This document shows positions 62,310 to 64,000 of a stretch of DNA of 64,000 nucleotides, in pieces. Origin of the DNA: an uncultured delta proteobacterium (GTDB lineage Bacteria; Myxococcota_A; Polyangia; Haliangiales; Haliangiaceae); NCBI GenBank assembly GCA_963848295.1, contig CAWKDB010000010.1, positions 160,001-224,000 on the forward strand. The letters are read 5' to 3'. The notes below the pieces were generated by a model that was given only the letters and a program-made list of their open reading frames with translations, was not told the origin of the DNA and made no database searches. The translations under genes and the position numbers were made by a program. Position 1 is the first letter of the stretch; every line of letters begins with the position of its first letter.

Positions 62310-64000
62310 ACCGGATCCGCGAGCTACTCGCCGAGATCGCGACCGAGCCGCCGGCGCGGTGGGAGAGGCTCGTCAAGCAGCACTTCGCCGACGACGGCGT
62401 GCTCGCGGCTCAAGCGCTGCTCTGGCTGCGCGCCGACCTCGACAAGGTCGCCGACGATGCCGCCCCACCGGTGCTCGGCAGCGATCAGCGCTATGTCCTC
62501 GGCGCACGGCTCGACACCGGTGCGACCGCCGCGGTCTGGCAAGCGTACGACAAGAAGCTCGGGCGCCACGTCGCGGTCAAGCTGTTTCACAACGAGTCCG
62601 GCCCTGCGGTCGATGAGGCTCGCGCCGCATGCGACGTGATCAGCGATCACGTGATTCGCGTGCTCGACGTCCACGACTCCGAGCGACCCTACATCGTGAT
62701 GGAGCTCGTCGGCGAGCACGATCCGCAGCGCGGCGAGCTCGTCCCCGGTGTGTCGGCGGCGGTCGCGCGTCCGTTCGATATCGCGGAGGCTGTGCGCTGG
62801 GTGCGCGATGTCGCGCGCGGCGTCCACGACGCCCACCTTCGCGACGTGTTCCATCGCGATCTCAAACCGCACAACGTGCTGATCACACCCGTGTCGCGGC
62901 GCGCTCGGATCGGCGACTTCGGGCTCGCCGTCAGTGCGACCGAGGCTCCGCTCGCGCTGATGACCGGCGGGCCGAGCGGGCCGTTGCGCATCGCCGGTAC
63001 CCCGGCGTACATGGCGCCCGAACAGGCTCGCGGTTTGCCGACGACGCTCGATCCCGGTGACGCGACCGATCGCGCGCGGCTCGTCGCGATCGACGTATGG
63101 GGCCTCGGTGCGCTCGCGTGCGATCTGCTATGCGGCCATCCACCGTGGCGCGCACGTGGCGACGATTCGCTCGCGTGGGAGATCGCGGCGTCGGGCGCCC
63201 GGCCCGAGCTCGCGACGAGGACGCCGTGGGGCGAGCGGATTCCGCGCCGGCTCGCCCGCGTGATCGAGAGGGCGCTCGCCGACGATCCGGCCAAGCGTTA
63301 CCCGAGTGCCGCCGAGGTCGGTCGCGAGCTCGACGCGTTCCTCGCGCAGCGTCCGATGAGCCACGACCGATCGCGATTCGTGCGCGCGATGCTGTGGTGT
63401 CGGCGCAACCCGCAGCTGTCGTTCACCGCGGCGGCTGCGGCGGCACTCGCGATCGTGACGATGGCCGCCTACCTCACCGTGCGCGATCTGCGCGGGCAGC
63501 GGCGCGACCTCACGAGCGAGGTCGACGCGAAAGAGCTCGACAACGCGGCGCTCGCCGAACGTGGCAGCACGATGCGCGCCGAGCTCGCATCGGCAGATAC
63601 CCAACTTGCGGCGACCAAGGCGCAGATCGCGCGCGACGGCGATTCCCTCGGCAAGCTCGAGCGCGCGCTCGCGGACGCACAAACGACGTATCGCGGGGTG
63701 ATCGCAGCGCTCGATCAAAAACTGCATGACGCCGGGGCCGAAACCCGACAGCTCGTCGGTGACTTGACGATCGCGCGCAGCGCTCGCGCCGCCGCCGAGC
63801 TCGGCCGCAACATGTACGAAGGGTTCTGGACGACCGCTCGCGGCGATGCGGACCGCGCGGCGAAAGAGCGCGACCAGGCACAGAAAGAGCGCGATACCGC
63901 TCGCAGCGAGCGCGACCAGCTCGCGAAAGAACGCGACGCCGCCCGCGCCGATCGCGATAAGCTCGCCGACGCGAAGAGCCAAGCCGACGCCGACGTCGCG
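62306..64000 (+). CDS. Hanks-type Ser/Thr protein kinase with TM and coiled-coil tail (runs off window)
   Basis: Not in ORF track because it is open-ended. GTG overlaps upstream TGA; VAVKLF, HRDLKPHN, DFGLA, GTPAYMAPE, DVWGLG; TM; KERD-type heptads. Confidence 0.92.
   Translation, partial: MNRIRELLAEIATEPPARWERLVKQHFADDGVLAAQALLWLRADLDKVADDAAPPVLGSDQRYVLGARLDTGATAAVWQAYDKKLGRHVAVKLFHNESGPAVDEARAACDVISDHVIRVLDVHDSERPYIVMELVGEHDPQRGELVPGVSAAVARPFDIAEAVRWVRDVARGVHDAHLRDVFHRDLKPHNVLITPVSRRARIGDFGLAVSATEAPLALMTGGPSGPLRIAGTPAYMAPEQARGLPTTLDPGDATDRARLVAIDVWGLGALACDLLCGHPPWRARGDDSLAWEIAASGARPELATRTPWGERIPRRLARVIERALADDPAKRYPSAAEVGRELDAFLAQRPMSHDRSRFVRAMLWCRRNPQLSFTAAAAAALAIVTMAAYLTVRDLRGQRRDLTSEVDAKELDNAALAERGSTMRAELASADTQLAATKAQIARDGDSLGKLERALADAQTTYRGVIAALDQKLHDAGAETRQLVGDLTIARSARAAAELGRNMYEGFWTTARGDADRAAKERDQAQKERDTARSERDQLAKERDAARADRDKLADAKSQADADVA

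Overview
GC-rich chromosomal window (about 70% GC by eye). Gene content (MYXO-CTERM-like tail, many Cys-rich lipoproteins, AgmX/PglI-like protein, Ser/Thr kinase, PP2C, hybrid CheA) points to Myxococcota, probably Kofleriaceae/Haliangiales-like. It holds about 52 genes: housekeeping (rnr, clpX, pdxA, M3 peptidase), signalling (Crp/Fnr, OmpR-like, CheW-CheA, two ECF modules), many exported proteins, and one intact IS30 element with 27-bp inverted repeats and a 3-bp target duplication. Genes between about 13.5 and 27.3 kb carry many single-base frameshifts, most likely assembly errors. Top leads: (1) a lipoprotein at 20531-21058 split by one in-frame TGA followed by a SECIS-like hairpin, a candidate new selenoprotein; (2) a sigma-54-type four-gene exported heme/DUF1549-like/DUF1501-like operon; (3) a Fur-box-like palindrome directly before a monoheme + octaheme cytochrome lipoprotein pair; (4) an exported, domain-permuted PEP-synthase-like protein; (5) a 52-aa ultra-basic ORF missing from the ORF track; (6) pervasive leaderless-type promoters. 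All family assignments come from motifs read by eye; no searches were run.
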